From the NCBI GenBank assembly GCA_964016885.1, contig OZ024740.1:277574001-277638000 (forward strand): a DNA stretch of 64,000 bases. Reading direction: 5' to 3'. This document shows, piece after piece, positions 1-14,075 of this stretch. The notes under the pieces were generated by a model. The model was not told the origin of the DNA. It searched no databases and saw only the letters and a list, made by a program, of their open reading frames with translations. Source of the DNA: Eledone cirrhosa (Eukaryota). Positions within the stretch are counted from its first letter, which is position 1. Each line of letters starts with the position of its first letter. Position numbers and translations under genes: made by a program.

Positions 1-270
1 CCTATTAAATCTTATATCCTCAATAAGAAAATACCCAGAGAACATCAACATTTCTCCTGTAGAGTCAAAGGTGAATGCCCATTACAAGGTAAATTCAACA
101 CCAAAGCCATTGTATATGCGGCTACAGTGACAACCACCAGCAACAACCCACCAGCCACCAGCGAACGAAAATGTGGGTATGCCACAAGACAAATTCAAAA
201 CTCGTCATTACTCACATGTTGCATCTTTCCGACATCCAGAAAAAAGATTTACAACAGCTCTGGCTAGTTA
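1..270 (+). pseudogene. Frameshifted GIY-YIG endonuclease fragment of a Penelope-like element
   Basis: Manual translation gives SCRVKGECPLQGKFNTKAIVYAATVTT and, after a frameshift, VGMPQDKFKTRHYSHVASFRHPEKRFTTALASY; similar to the GIY-YIG ORF at 31295-31618. Confidence 0.8.
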
Positions 271-608
271 TAAATCCTTATATCTTCACAATTCCACACA
301 TTTTACTTCCGCATTTTCGTTCTCTACCTGATATTACATGTCACTTGCGTTTTCAACTCCAGATATATTCTGTTGTCTCTCAGCCGCTCTTATGTATGTT
401 TACTTGCGTATAATTTGTACTCATTTATTCATACGGCTGGTTTTTTAATTTATATCTATGCGTGTGAGCGTTCATGTGTGTGTATGCGTGTTTGTATATG
501 TATACTATTGCATTCGTATGTGCGCCTGTGTGTGTATATGTGTGTGTGTATGTGTTTTTTATATCTATGTTTTTTACATACTTATATATACGTGTGTATG
601 AGTGTATG

Positions 609-692
<84 letters not shown>

Positions 693-1634
693 TATATATA
701 TATATGTATCTGTTTGTATGTGTGTATATATATATGTATGGTCGCGTCCGTGCGTGTGATATATATATGTGCCTATATATATATGTGCTTCGGTGTATGT
801 ATGCGCGCCTTTGTATCTATGTACGCATGTATGTGCTTTTGTCTGTACGTATTTATATATATATTTATATATATATATGTTTGTACGTACGAACCTATGT
901 TTATTTTTTTCTATTTTTTCGAGTGTTACTTTATAATTGATAACACCTCCCTCTTACTTTCTCTTTGATTAAACATTTTTTTATTCTCATATATTTTTTC
1001 TTTTTTATATATGACACTGCTTTGACTGATACACTCCCTTCCCTGTATATATCACTCGCATGTATGTGGTTGCGAGTGTGTGTGTGTTTATACACGTGCT
1101 TTCATACTTGTGTGTACTTCATTCCTTAATACCTGAGTCTGGATGTACGGTAACTCTATTATCTTACAATTTCTTTTTCAACATATATTATATACGTATT
1201 TGTGGTCACACATACACTGATATGCTTGCCCTCATATATGTACTTACGCACACATTTTTTCACCATACACATGCATTTGTACATACACACATATGTACAA
1301 TTGTGAGTGAATATACACATTTATACGCATACCATAACTATATTTCCTTATTTTATTTTTATATATCTCTTGCATTACTTTTACTTATATATTTTTTTTT
1401 GCCCGTTAAACTTTTGCCTTTCTTGGGGAGCTTTTTCAAATATTCCACTGTTTAAAATTGCCTTGTCCGACGAACGAGTGAGGACGTTTCTTGTATTTGT
1501 CTTAATCGGGAAACCTCTGGTAATGAGGTAATTATATTGTATTGTTTATTATACATTAAATTTAGCTCTGTAACTTACATGGAGCACTCTTCACTCCTAT
1601 GACTTTTTCAATTTTCAACGGAAGCTTCAATACT

Positions 1635-1640
<6 letters not shown>
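1..1640 (+). mobile_element. 3' part of a PLE (endonuclease remnant, TG/TA-rich 3' UTR, decayed HHR at 1457-1524)
   Basis: GIY-YIG remnant, then ATTGCC..CCGACGA-stem(GAGGAC/GTCTT)-GAAA..GGTAAT; ends in (TA)n. Confidence 0.6.
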
Positions 1641-1665
<25 letters not shown>

Positions 1666-1689
1666 TTATATATATTTATATATATATTA

Positions 1690-1725
<36 letters not shown>

Positions 1726-1894
1726 CTGTGTGTGTGTGTGTGTGTATGTATATGTGTGTATATATATTATATATATATATATATGTATGTATGTATATGT
1801 ATATATATATATATGGAATATATATACATATGTATATATATATATGTATATATGTATATATGTATATATATGTATGTGTGTATATATATGTATA

Positions 1895-1925
<31 letters not shown>

Positions 1926-1926
1926 C

Positions 1927-2093
<167 letters not shown>

Positions 2094-2146
2094 GTTAATA
2101 TATATAAGTATATATGTTAATATATATATATATATATATATATATG

Positions 2147-2180
<34 letters not shown>

Positions 2181-2183
<3 letters not shown>

Positions 2184-2762
2184 AATATGAAAACATGGCG
2201 GGCTGCGTGGTTGCAAATGGGTTACATATGAATAAATTTAGTCCTTCATCAGTGATCTTCCAGCCTTCATTTGTATTTCATCGCTTTAAAGACCATATAC
2301 CTCTGGCTGGTGCGAGCAACGGCTAAAGAAAGTTGTTGGGACACCTAAATAGGGGGAACAAGCGGGACAGTAAACAAGCAAAGATGGTAATGCAACGAAA
2401 AGTGAGGAAGAAGGAGTCAAGTCCCTGAAATCGATGAACATAAGTTCTGTGAAATCGTAGACGAGAGAGAATAAAGACCACCCAACCTGGTCGAAATGTG
2501 TGTGAGGAAAGGATTTCGCACAGGTCAAACAGGATGAAGTAGGAGAGGGAGTAGCAGAGAGTGAGTGAGTGAAAGTGTGTGGAAGAGGCTAACAGAGAGA
2601 GTGACTGGCAGAGGGGGTAACAAGAAAGTGAGTGATACAGAGAAAGGGAAAGCAGTAAGAAAGAAACAGACGGGTCACAGCGGAGGAAAATATATAAGTA
2701 TATTAAAAATATGAAAACAAGGCGTGCTGCCTGGTTGCAAATGGGTTACATATGAATAAATT
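2181..2762 (-). mobile_element. Retrozyme-like non-coding element, 524-bp unit with ~58-bp terminal redundancy (locus B)
   Basis: Direct repeat 2181-2238 / 2705-2762; homologous to 19797-20857 and 26179-29237; flanked by (TA)n. Confidence 0.75.
2241..2342 (-). ncRNA. Putative reverse-order pseudoknotted hammerhead motif with K-turn (copy B)
   Basis: Minus strand: GUCC..UCGC A CCAGCC AGA GGUAU A UGGUCUU UAAA GCGA U GAA AUACA AAU GA A GGCUGG AAGAUCA CUGAUGA A GGAC. Confidence 0.65.
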
Positions 2763-2763
2763 G

Positions 2764-2795
<32 letters not shown>

Positions 2796-2834
2796 GTATA
2801 TATATGTATATATGTATGTGTGTATATATATATA

Positions 2835-3387
2835 CACGGTCGGGTCGTTGGCGACTAAACTGGCAACCCCACCAAGGTTTCTTGGTGAGGAGGGTGACTT
2901 TGGACATCCTGCAGGACTAAAAACAAAACCTGTCAAAGGGCAAAGGAGCTCTTAAGAGTCAATGGCCATCCAAAATCACCGGGAGAGATGACCCCTTAGC
3001 CTTTGTCAAGGCAGAATTCTAGGAGAAGGAAAACTCTGATATAACACCTGCAACCCTGATGGTATCCAATGATGTTGACTTGTTCTTCTTTTTGGTACAT
3101 ATCATCTTGTTTAAGAGAGTGGGACTGGCTTTGTGCAGTGCCTTTGCTCACTATAAAAGCTTCACGGCACAGGCATTGCTTTATATCTGGAGATCTCTCT
3201 GCACTTGTCGTCAGATGGTACCATGGGCCCAGCACTATGTGTCAATAATTGTCAAAAGTGTAGTGTTTGTACCAGAGTTTTCAAATCGCTGGCTGGACTA
3301 AAAAGTCACACTCGTTCAGCGCATCCGTAGGGGTTCTCCTACATGGATATAAAGTAGTGGCCGTACTCGAAAACGAGTTGGCAGCCA

Positions 3388-3390
<3 letters not shown>
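2835..3390 (+). mobile_element. Non-autonomous repeat resembling an RTE-clade 5' UTR
   Basis: 3017-3390 is the reverse complement of 44842-45215; 2835-2975 matches 57555-57690 (minus); contains CTAGGAGAAGGAAAACTCTGA. RTE assignment is from recalled resemblance only. Confidence 0.55.
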
Positions 3391-3465
<75 letters not shown>

Positions 3466-3721
3466 GGTTATGCACGTGTGCATTAATGTTTTCCAGGACA
3501 CAGTGTTATGTACCGTGTAGTGGAATCTCAGCTTACAACAGCGTGGTGCTCGACGAAATGCAGAAAAAAGGTGTATATTCCAGTTTAGCTATATTCCGGG
3601 GCGTGTATAAAGAATTAAAAAGAACAGAAAGATGTAGTAAAAGAGATTTATTCGGTTCTTACGTACGTTTCAATAGACATCAATTTGCCTAGATCTCGCT
3701 ACATCCATAATATTTTATATT

Positions 3722-3786
<65 letters not shown>

Positions 3787-3789
3787 GTT

Positions 3790-6001
<2,212 letters not shown>

Positions 6002-6027
6002 GTATGTGTGTATAAGTGTGTATGTAT

Positions 6028-6061
<34 letters not shown>

Positions 6062-6712
6062 ATATAAATATATTGTTATATTTGGGGAGGGTCATATTTG
6101 CGTAATATTGCCAGAATTAATAACAGAACACACTCACTGTTTGGTTGGTTTTCGCTTCTCGCTGTCTTTTTTATATATATATCTGCGATCTAACTTACTC
6201 GGTCCTCAATGTTGCCATTGACTGACCGGCGGTCAAAAAATAATACAGATACAATATAGACACAAACACATATATATAGTTTACATAATTTACATAAATC
6301 TTTCGTTGCACATCTGCAACATCGTCAGTGGTGTTATATTCATTGTTCCTCCTGTTGTGTTGTATGTCTACGCCATTTATTTTTGTTCAGTCTGTCTATA
6401 TATTTATTTATTTATTTGCTTGTTTGTTTATCTTATTTTATTTTGTCTTCTTTGCGCATGCGTTTGCGTGTGTGTATAGTGTTATGTGTGATATGTGACT
6501 AGTGTGTATAGTGTTGTGTCTGCTGGGTGACTAGTGTGTGTTTATGTGCTTGTGTATGTATTTATTTATCTTATTTTATTTAATTTTATTTACTTATTTA
6601 TACTTCTCTTAGGTCAGTGTTGTTTGTTTGGGTGTTGTTGTTGTTCCACTCATTCTTTCTGTTTAGCTTTGGTCTTCTAATTTCTATTTCACTGGCCTCT
6701 CTGATTTGCCTA

Positions 6713-9112
6713 GAGAAACTATTTTTCAACCCAGCTGACAAAACATATAAGATGGGTAATATCTATCCTACGAGGTTACCCTTTAATAAAAGAGTTTGCA
6801 TACCACAGCAAATAGATGACGAGACGGAGGCACAGTTCACCATAGCTAGAAATAAGATTAGACAAGTAGTAGACAGGTACACTATCAGACAGAGCAGACC
6901 AGAGGCCCAACAACTTGGGATAAAACCTGTAGAAGGCTTGGTTAGCCTCAAGCAGCGCACAAGGGATGGTGAGGTAGTGTGTCTACCCACAGATAAGTCT
7001 GGTAGGATGTCAATAGATAGCATGCCGAACTACATCGAGGCAATGCAACCCCACATCACCAACACGAGCGAAGTTGCACAACTAACACACGATGGGAGAG
7101 AAAAAATCCTCAACGCTCACATGATGATGTGGACTGACATCCTAAAGCCAAGCAGACGCACTGCCAACAACTTCCAGGCGTCTAACAATGGCATACCACC
7201 CTTGTATGGGCTCCGCAAAGACCACAAGACAGTCGACGACCCGACAACAGGACCACCAACAAGACCCGTATGCGGAGCTAATATAGCTAGCAACTACAGG
7301 ATCTCCTACTTCCTCTCAATGGTTATACGCCCCATAATCAAGATGTCCCCAGATGTATGTGAAAGTACAGAGGACCTCCTCAGCAGAATCAGTGAGTGCA
7401 ACAAAAACAGGAGCCTATCCAACTGCATAATAGGCATCATGGATGTGGTGTCACTGTACCCATCCATTAACATTGATTTTGCTGTGAAAAGACGTGTGGA
7501 GATGATCATTGAGAGTGAGGTGGAGTTCTGCGACGTCGACACAGACGAACTGGGCCTCCTACTTAGACTTACCTACGACACTGACTACCTAGACAGCCAT
7601 GACCTTAGATGTTTCTGCCCTAGTAGACCTATAAGAGGTAGACCCCCCACCATAACCTCAATGGCTAAAAAGACTCCCATAGGAAGGTGGATTGGGTGGA
7701 CCAAAGCTATACGGACCCCCCAAAACACTGATCAGGTAAGAAAAATGGTCGCACATGCAATAGGGGCTAGTATCAAAACTACCCTAAAGGGCCACATATT
7801 TAAGTTCAATGAGAAAATCTACACCCAAAATGAGGGAGCAGCCATCAGCGTCAGCATAGCTGGTGATGTTGCCAACCTTTTCATGGTATGGTGGGAAAGG
7901 AGACTTAAAGATCTCCTTAATGAAAGCTCCATAGACCTCATCATGTACTCTCGTTATGTAGACGATATCAATATAGTTATAAGAACACCCCCACTAGAGA
8001 GCACTAACAAGTTTGATTTAGAACGTAGCACGATGGAAAGCATCCAGCAGATAGCTAATTCCATACACCAGAGTATAACTGTAAATATAGACTTCCCTTC
8101 CAAACACCCTAACAATAGACTACCTGTATTAGACACAGAACTCTGGATTAACACTATAGACGAGAGAGCCCAAATTCTCCACTCACACTATGCTAAACCC
8201 ATGGCCTCCAAATACCTGATACTCAAAAACTCAGCAATGTCCAGTAGTGCTAAGTTTAATATTCTGATCGCAGATTTGGTACGAGTGATGAAGAAGGTAT
8301 CCAGCATGTGCGACCCAACAGAAATGGAAGGACACATCCAACACTTCATCAACCGCATGCAGTTCTCTGGCTACAACCAAAGAGACAGAGTCAGAGTATA
8401 CGAAGGAGCCATGGAAAAGTATAAGACCCTCATAGAACTGGACATGAAAGGAATTTGCCCACTATACAGGAGCAAATCATGGAATAGCTTAGATAGGGCT
8501 AGACATAAGATAGGGAAGGCCACATCATGGTACGACAACCAGAGATATCAGAGTGTCATGTTTGTGGACGCCACCCCTGGAGGGAAATTAGCTAACCAGT
8601 GTAGAAAGGCCCTGAGAAAGACCCACTTAAAAATAAAGGTGGTAGAAAAGCCAGGAACCACCATAAAATCCCTGATCAGCAAAACCTACCCTTTTAAGAA
8701 AACCCACTGTACCAATAGGATATGTATCATATGTAAGGTGAACCCCCGGATAAACTGTAAAACTAGAAACGTAGTCTATAGCATAAGATGTACAGAGGGT
8801 ACTTACAGAAACATGACAACAACATACATAGGTGAGACAGCTCGTAGCATAGGTGAAAGGATAGACCAACACTGGGGGGAACTAAAAGGACGAAAAAACG
8901 GGTCAGTACTATACGAACATGCTAGACAACAACATGACGGTAACATAGACAACATAGAAATTAGAATAATATCTAAACATAGGAATGACCCAGCAGATAG
9001 GCAAATCAGAGAGGCCAGTGAAATAGAAATTAGAAGACCAAAGCTAAACAGAAAGAATGAGTGGAACAACAACAACACCCAAACAAACAACACTGACCTA
9101 AGAGAAGTATAA
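6713..9112 (+). CDS. PLE reverse transcriptase + GIY-YIG endonuclease (5'-truncated, uninterrupted ~800 codons)
   Basis: PTDKSG, PPLYGLRKDHK, RPVC, MDVVSLYPSI, RYVDD, Cys-rich linker CTNRICIIC, VVY..YIGETARSIGERIDQH, REASEI..PKLN. Codons upstream of 6713 are read-through of the inverted arm. Confidence 0.93.
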   Translation, partial: EKLFFNPADKTYKMGNIYPTRLPFNKRVCIPQQIDDETEAQFTIARNKIRQVVDRYTIRQSRPEAQQLGIKPVEGLVSLKQRTRDGEVVCLPTDKSGRMSIDSMPNYIEAMQPHITNTSEVAQLTHDGREKILNAHMMMWTDILKPSRRTANNFQASNNGIPPLYGLRKDHKTVDDPTTGPPTRPVCGANIASNYRISYFLSMVIRPIIKMSPDVCESTEDLLSRISECNKNRSLSNCIIGIMDVVSLYPSINIDFAVKRRVEMIIESEVEFCDVDTDELGLLLRLTYDTDYLDSHDLRCFCPSRPIRGRPPTITSMAKKTPIGRWIGWTKAIRTPQNTDQVRKMVAHAIGASIKTTLKGHIFKFNEKIYTQNEGAAISVSIAGDVANLFMVWWERRLKDLLNESSIDLIMYSRYVDDINIVIRTPPLESTNKFDLERSTMESIQQIANSIHQSITVNIDFPSKHPNNRLPVLDTELWINTIDERAQILHSHYAKPMASKYLILKNSAMSSSAKFNILIADLVRVMKKVSSMCDPTEMEGHIQHFINRMQFSGYNQRDRVRVYEGAMEKYKTLIELDMKGICPLYRSKSWNSLDRARHKIGKATSWYDNQRYQSVMFVDATPGGKLANQCRKALRKTHLKIKVVEKPGTTIKSLISKTYPFKKTHCTNRICIICKVNPRINCKTRNVVYSIRCTEGTYRNMTTTYIGETARSIGERIDQHWGELKGRKNGSVLYEHARQQHDGNIDNIEIRIISKHRNDPADRQIREASEIEIRRPKLNRKNEWNNNNTQTNNTDLREV

Positions 9113-9376
9113 ATAAGTAAATAAAATAAAATAAAATAAGATAAATAAATACATACACAAGCACATAAACACACACTAGTCACCCAGCAGACACAACACT
9201 ATACACACTAGTCACACATCACACATAACACTATACACACACGCAAACGCATGCGCAAAGAAGACAAAATAAAATAAGATAAACAAACAAGCAAATAAAT
9301 AAATAAATATATAGACAGACTGAACAAAAAAAAATGGCGTAGACATACAACACAACAGGAGGAACAATGAATATAA

Positions 9377-9420
9377 CACCACTGACGATGTTGCAGATGT
9401 GCAACGAAAGATTTATGTAA
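9377..9420 (+). ncRNA. Minimal type I hammerhead in PLE 3' UTR (inverted twin at 6290-6333, minus)
   Basis: CA CTGACGA T GTTGCA gatg TGCAAC GAAA GATT TA TG; stem I is short. Confidence 0.7.
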
Positions 9421-9681
9421 ATTATGTAAACTATATATATGTGTTTGTGTCTATATTGTATCTGTATTATTATTTGACCGCCGGTCAGTCAATGGCAACA
9501 TTGAGGACCGAGTAAGTTAGATCGCAGATATATATATATAAAAGACAGCGAGAAGCGAAAACCAACCAAACAGTGAGTGTGTTCTGTTATTAATTCTGGC
9601 AATATTACGCAAATATGACCCTCCCCAAATATAACAATATCTGTTTCGACACACGATTTCATATAAAAAACCTCGCAAAAC

Positions 9682-9747
<66 letters not shown>

Positions 9748-9751
<4 letters not shown>

Positions 9752-9926
9752 AACCAGTAAGACCCCGACGGCTGAGCTCAAGCCGTTTCGACGGCTACAT
9801 CTGCGTCGAAACGGCTTGAGCTCAGCCATCGGTGTCTTACTGGTTCCTATTACCCACTCTACTACCGTAAGTATTGAGTACTTTGGTGCGTTATGGTCAA
9901 CCTGGTTCCTTACCACATTTCCTTCG

Positions 9927-9928
<2 letters not shown>
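9748..9928. mobile_element. Short fold-back remnant of a PLE 3' terminus
   Basis: ~46-bp arms around 9797; same terminus family as 25040-25100, 32288-32492 and 38823-38930. Confidence 0.75.
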
Positions 9929-9967
<39 letters not shown>

Positions 9968-10759
9968 CGTATTTAAGAAAGCCACAACAATGCAAAGGGA
10001 AATCTCGAGGTAGGAAGTGAAATATAGATAGGAAAAACAGGTGAAAGTGAAAGTTGAGAGAGACAAAGATGAAAACAAAACAAAGGTAGAAGGGTTACCG
10101 TAGTAGAGATTTTAATCCCAATATTTCGGGCTCACGCCCATCAACGGGGGAAAAGTTCCAAAAGGGGGGAAAACAGGCCAAGCGGAGAAAGTGTTGATGT
10201 CGTTAAGACAGGAATGCCGTTATGGGGAGAAAAATATTTAAAATTTAAACGAGGGAGAGAATGCGCGTGCGCGTGATAAGCTGTGGCAAAAGCTACTGAC
10301 CAAATGGGTTAAATCAAGAGGGTGCGTTAGCGTGTGAAAGCCTTAAGATATGTGTATGTAAATATATATGTGTGTGTGACTGTGTGTGTATAGGTGTAAG
10401 TGTGTATATGTGTGAGTGTGTGTGTGTGTGAAAGGTAGTGGGCTGTAGAAGTTGGAAATCAAAGGGTGTGAAAGGTGGTAGGTTGTAAAATATGTGTGCG
10501 TGTATAAATATAGAAGTGTGTGTGTGTAAGCGTATGGGTATACATGTGTGTGTGTAACTGTGTATGTATATGTGTGAGTGCGTTTGTGTGTGAAAGATAG
10601 TGGGCTGTAGAAGCTGGAAATCAAAGGGTGTGAAAGGTGGTAGGTTGTAAAAACATGTGTGCGTGTAAAATATAGAAGTGTGTGTGCATGCGTATGGGTA
10701 TGCATATACGTGCGTGTGTGTGAATATAACAGGCCGTAGGCTGTGAATGGTCATTATGG

Positions 10760-11338
10760 TTAAATTAGCCATGTCAGCTCATTTCTCTCGGCCCGGTTGT
10801 TAAGTGGGGGTCTGAGGTTCTTAATAACAAGTGCTTCCTTTATCCTTAAGGATCCGATGCTGCGTTCAGTCGCTAGGACTGTGACCAAGGGTCTACCCTG
10901 TGGGTTTCCGCATTTGAGGATATGTTTACGGAAGGAAGATGCGTTGGTGTTGATATGTTCCTTGATACGAACATGTAGGGGTCGGATGGTGCTACCTATG
11001 TAAAACTTGTTACATTTATCGCATTGAATCTTATATACGACATAGGTGCGTAGGCAATCTGCCCCCCGTATCGGGCAGTTGCTGAGGGAACAAGTCCTAT
11101 CTGCCTCGTAGGGTTTGTTGGAGAGGCATCTTCGCAGCGAAGGTCCTGTGTGGGCCAAATGTATGTCAAGTCCCTCCGTACGTATGGCCCTGCGGATGGC
11201 GTTCGTGGTACATTCACTCAGGTGGGGGATTTTAAAGAAGCACCTGCTAATATTAAGTTTTCTAGTGGGTGTCGGTCTACTGGGTCTGGGGTCTCTAATT
11301 CCGTTAATCAGTCGCTTGGGATAACCATTAGATCTGAG
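10760..11338 (-). pseudogene. 5'-truncated PLE ORF (thumb end + GIY-YIG), left arm
   Basis: LRSNGYPKRLI..CSLSNCPI..VVYKIQCDKCNKFYIGSTIRPLHVRIKEH..IKEALVI..PPLN. Confidence 0.9.
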
Positions 11339-11885
11339 TAACGGAATTAGAGACCCCAGACCCAGTAGACCGACACCCACTAGAAAACTTAATATTAGCA
11401 GGTGCTTCTTTAAAATCCCCCACCTGAGTGAATGTACCACGAACGCCATCCGCAGGGCCATACGTACGGAGGGACTTGACATACATTTGGCCCACACAGG
11501 ACCTTCGCTGCGAAGATGCCTCTCCAACAAACCCTACGAGGCAGATAGGACTTGTTCCCTCAGCAACTGCCCGATACGGGGGGCAGATTGCCTACGCACC
11601 TATGTCGTATATAAGATTCAATGCGATAAATGTAACAAGTTTTACATAGGTAGCACCATCCGACCCCTACATGTTCGTATCAAGGAACATATCAACACCA
11701 ACGCATCTTCCTTCCGTAAACATATCCTCAAATGCGGAAACCCACAGGGTAGACCCTTGGTCACAGTCCTAGCGACTGAACGCAGCATCGGATCCTTAAG
11801 GATAAAGGAAGCACTTGTTATTAAGAACCTCAGACCCCCACTTAACAACCGGGCCGAGAGAAATGAGCTGACATGGCTAATTTAA
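11339..11885 (+). pseudogene. 5'-truncated PLE ORF (GIY-YIG), right arm
   Basis: Same peptide as the left arm, starting at NGIRDP. Confidence 0.9.
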
Positions 11886-12722
11886 CCATAATGACCATTC
11901 ACAGCCTACGGCCTGTTATATTCACACACACGCACGTATATGCATACCCATACGCATGCACACACACTTCTATATTTTACACGCACACATGTTTTTACAA
12001 CCTACCACCTTTCACACCCTTTGATTTCCAGCTTCTACAGCCCACTATCTTTCACACACAAACGCACTCACACATATACATACACAGTTACACACACACA
12101 TGTATACCCATACGCTTACACACACACACTTCTATATTTATACACGCACACATATTTTACAACCTACCACCTTTCACACCCTTTGATTTCCAACTTCTAC
12201 AGCCCACTACCTTTCACACACACACACACTCACACATATACACACTTACACCTATACACACACAGTCACACACACATATATATTTACATACACATATCTT
12301 AAGGCTTTCACACGCTAACGCACCCTCTTGATTTAACCCATTTGGTCAGTAGCTTTTGCCACAGCTTATCACGCGCACGCGCATTCTCTCCCTCGTTTAA
12401 ATTTTAAATATTTTTCTCCCCATAACGGCATTCCTGTCTTAACGACATCAACACTTTCTCCGCTTGGCCTGTTTTCCCCCCTTTTGGAACTTTTCCCCCG
12501 TTGATGGGCGTGAGCCCGAAATATTGGGATTAAAATCTCTACTACGGTAACCCTTCTACCTTTGTTTTGTTTTCATCTTTGTCTCTCTCAACTTTCACTT
12601 TCACCTGTTTTTCCTATCTATATTTCACTTCCTACCTCGAGATTTCCCTTTGCATTGTTGTGGCTTTCTTAAATACGTATTTTTACACATTTCACAATGC
12701 TTCAAGCAAACTTTAACACCCT

Positions 12723-12782
<60 letters not shown>

Positions 12783-12789
<7 letters not shown>

Positions 12790-12960
12790 GTGAGGTTTTT
12801 TTTACAAAATGAAAAATAACCGAGGTGTCCTACACGAGTGAAAGTATAAAGAAAAAAAGATGAAATCGAAAATGCAACTGGAGTCTTATTTAAAAAAAAT
12901 ATATATATATATTTTAAAAATTAAATAAGACTCCAGTTGCATTTTCGATTTCATCTTTTT
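12783..12960. mobile_element. Short fold-back remnant of an element 3' end
   Basis: AAAAAGATGAAATCGAAAATGCAACTGGAGTCTTATTTAA followed by its reverse complement; 12783-12895 matches 34355-34470 in reverse. Confidence 0.7.
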
Positions 12961-12975
12961 TTCTCTCTCTCTCTC

Positions 12976-13062
<87 letters not shown>

Positions 13063-13146
13063 AAGGGGTGTAAAATTCCCGGGATCCATGGACGAGTTCT
13101 CTCCAGCGGTCTCTGTCCCTCATTATCGCTGCCATATCCTGCATAT

Positions 13147-13200
<54 letters not shown>

Positions 13201-13307
13201 TGTGTATGTGCATTTATGTATTTTGTATACGTCCATATATGTGTTTCTCTGTAGATGTGTTTGTATATGTGTGTATATGTGTATATTTATATGTATGTAT
13301 ATATTTG

Positions 13308-13444
<137 letters not shown>

Positions 13445-13464
13445 ATGTGTGTACGTGAATGTGT

Positions 13465-14032
13465 CTGTTGACACCTGGAATATAGCTTAAGAGAAATATG
13501 ATAATAATGATATGATAGACACCCAATATCTTGAACTGGTTTATAGAATTCTCTTGGCCTTTGTCTCTCTAAGTAGAGCTTTAAAGAATTAGCTTTTAAA
13601 GAATTTCCCTTTTCTTTAAATCCATCAACCATGACCGACCCCCAACCATCTTATAGACACCTGAAATATAGGCATTGTTAGCTTAAGAAAAACTTAAAAA
13701 TAAGGAGTGGCACACCAATCTGAACTTTTTTATTGAATTCTTTCTGCCTTTGTCGCTCTAAATATAAATTATAGCCTTAAAGAATTAGCTTTTAATGAAT
13801 TCCCTTTTCTTTCAACTAATGACCTCCACCCATCCCACTCCCAACCCTCTCCTACCACCTGAACAGATATAAATATCACAACATTTATTTTGGAAAGCCA
13901 GATTCCTGATGATTTCTAAAGAATGAAACAGTTCTAGTTCTGTAGAATCTCATCTATATTAAAACTGTTATACTCTGCTATTTATTGAGTACCTTACTTA
14001 CTGTGGTTACCTCCGATTCAACCCGGAATATC
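13465..14032 (+). mobile_element. HHR-bearing element 3' region with a diverged ~190-bp internal duplication
   Basis: GACACCTG..TTAAAGAATTAGCTTTTAA..TTCCCTTTTCTT occurs at 13470 and 13656; intact HHR follows. Confidence 0.6.
13900..13950 (+). ncRNA. Canonical type I hammerhead
   Basis: AGATTC CTGATGA T TTC taaa GAA T GAAA CAG ttctagtt CTG TA GAATCT: 6-bp stem I, full core, 4-bp stem III. Confidence 0.88.
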
Positions 14033-14033
14033 T

Positions 14034-14074
<41 letters not shown>

Positions 14075-14075
<1 letters not shown>

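Larger units (their letters stand above)
6070..9640 (+). mobile_element. 5'-truncated Penelope-like element with an inverted copy of its 3' end at the 5' side
   Basis: 6070-6712 is the near-exact reverse complement of 8998-9640 and encloses an RT + GIY-YIG ORF. Confidence 0.95.
9961..12724. mobile_element. Palindromic PLE insertion: arms 9961-11306 (-) and 11339-12684 (+), 32-nt spacer
   Basis: Mirror ORFs with identical translations on both strands; the right arm continues 40 nt to the 3' terminus shared with 37660. Confidence 0.95.

Noticed and set aside
3657-3695. Half hammerhead on the minus strand (stem II, GAAA CGTACG TA)
   Set aside because: No CUGANGA upstream; probably a truncated end, so not called.
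6617-6712. Hydrophobic signal-peptide-like N-terminus of the 831-aa ORF
   Set aside because: Antisense read-through of the inverted arm. The same applies to the first ~110 aa of the 53306 ORF.
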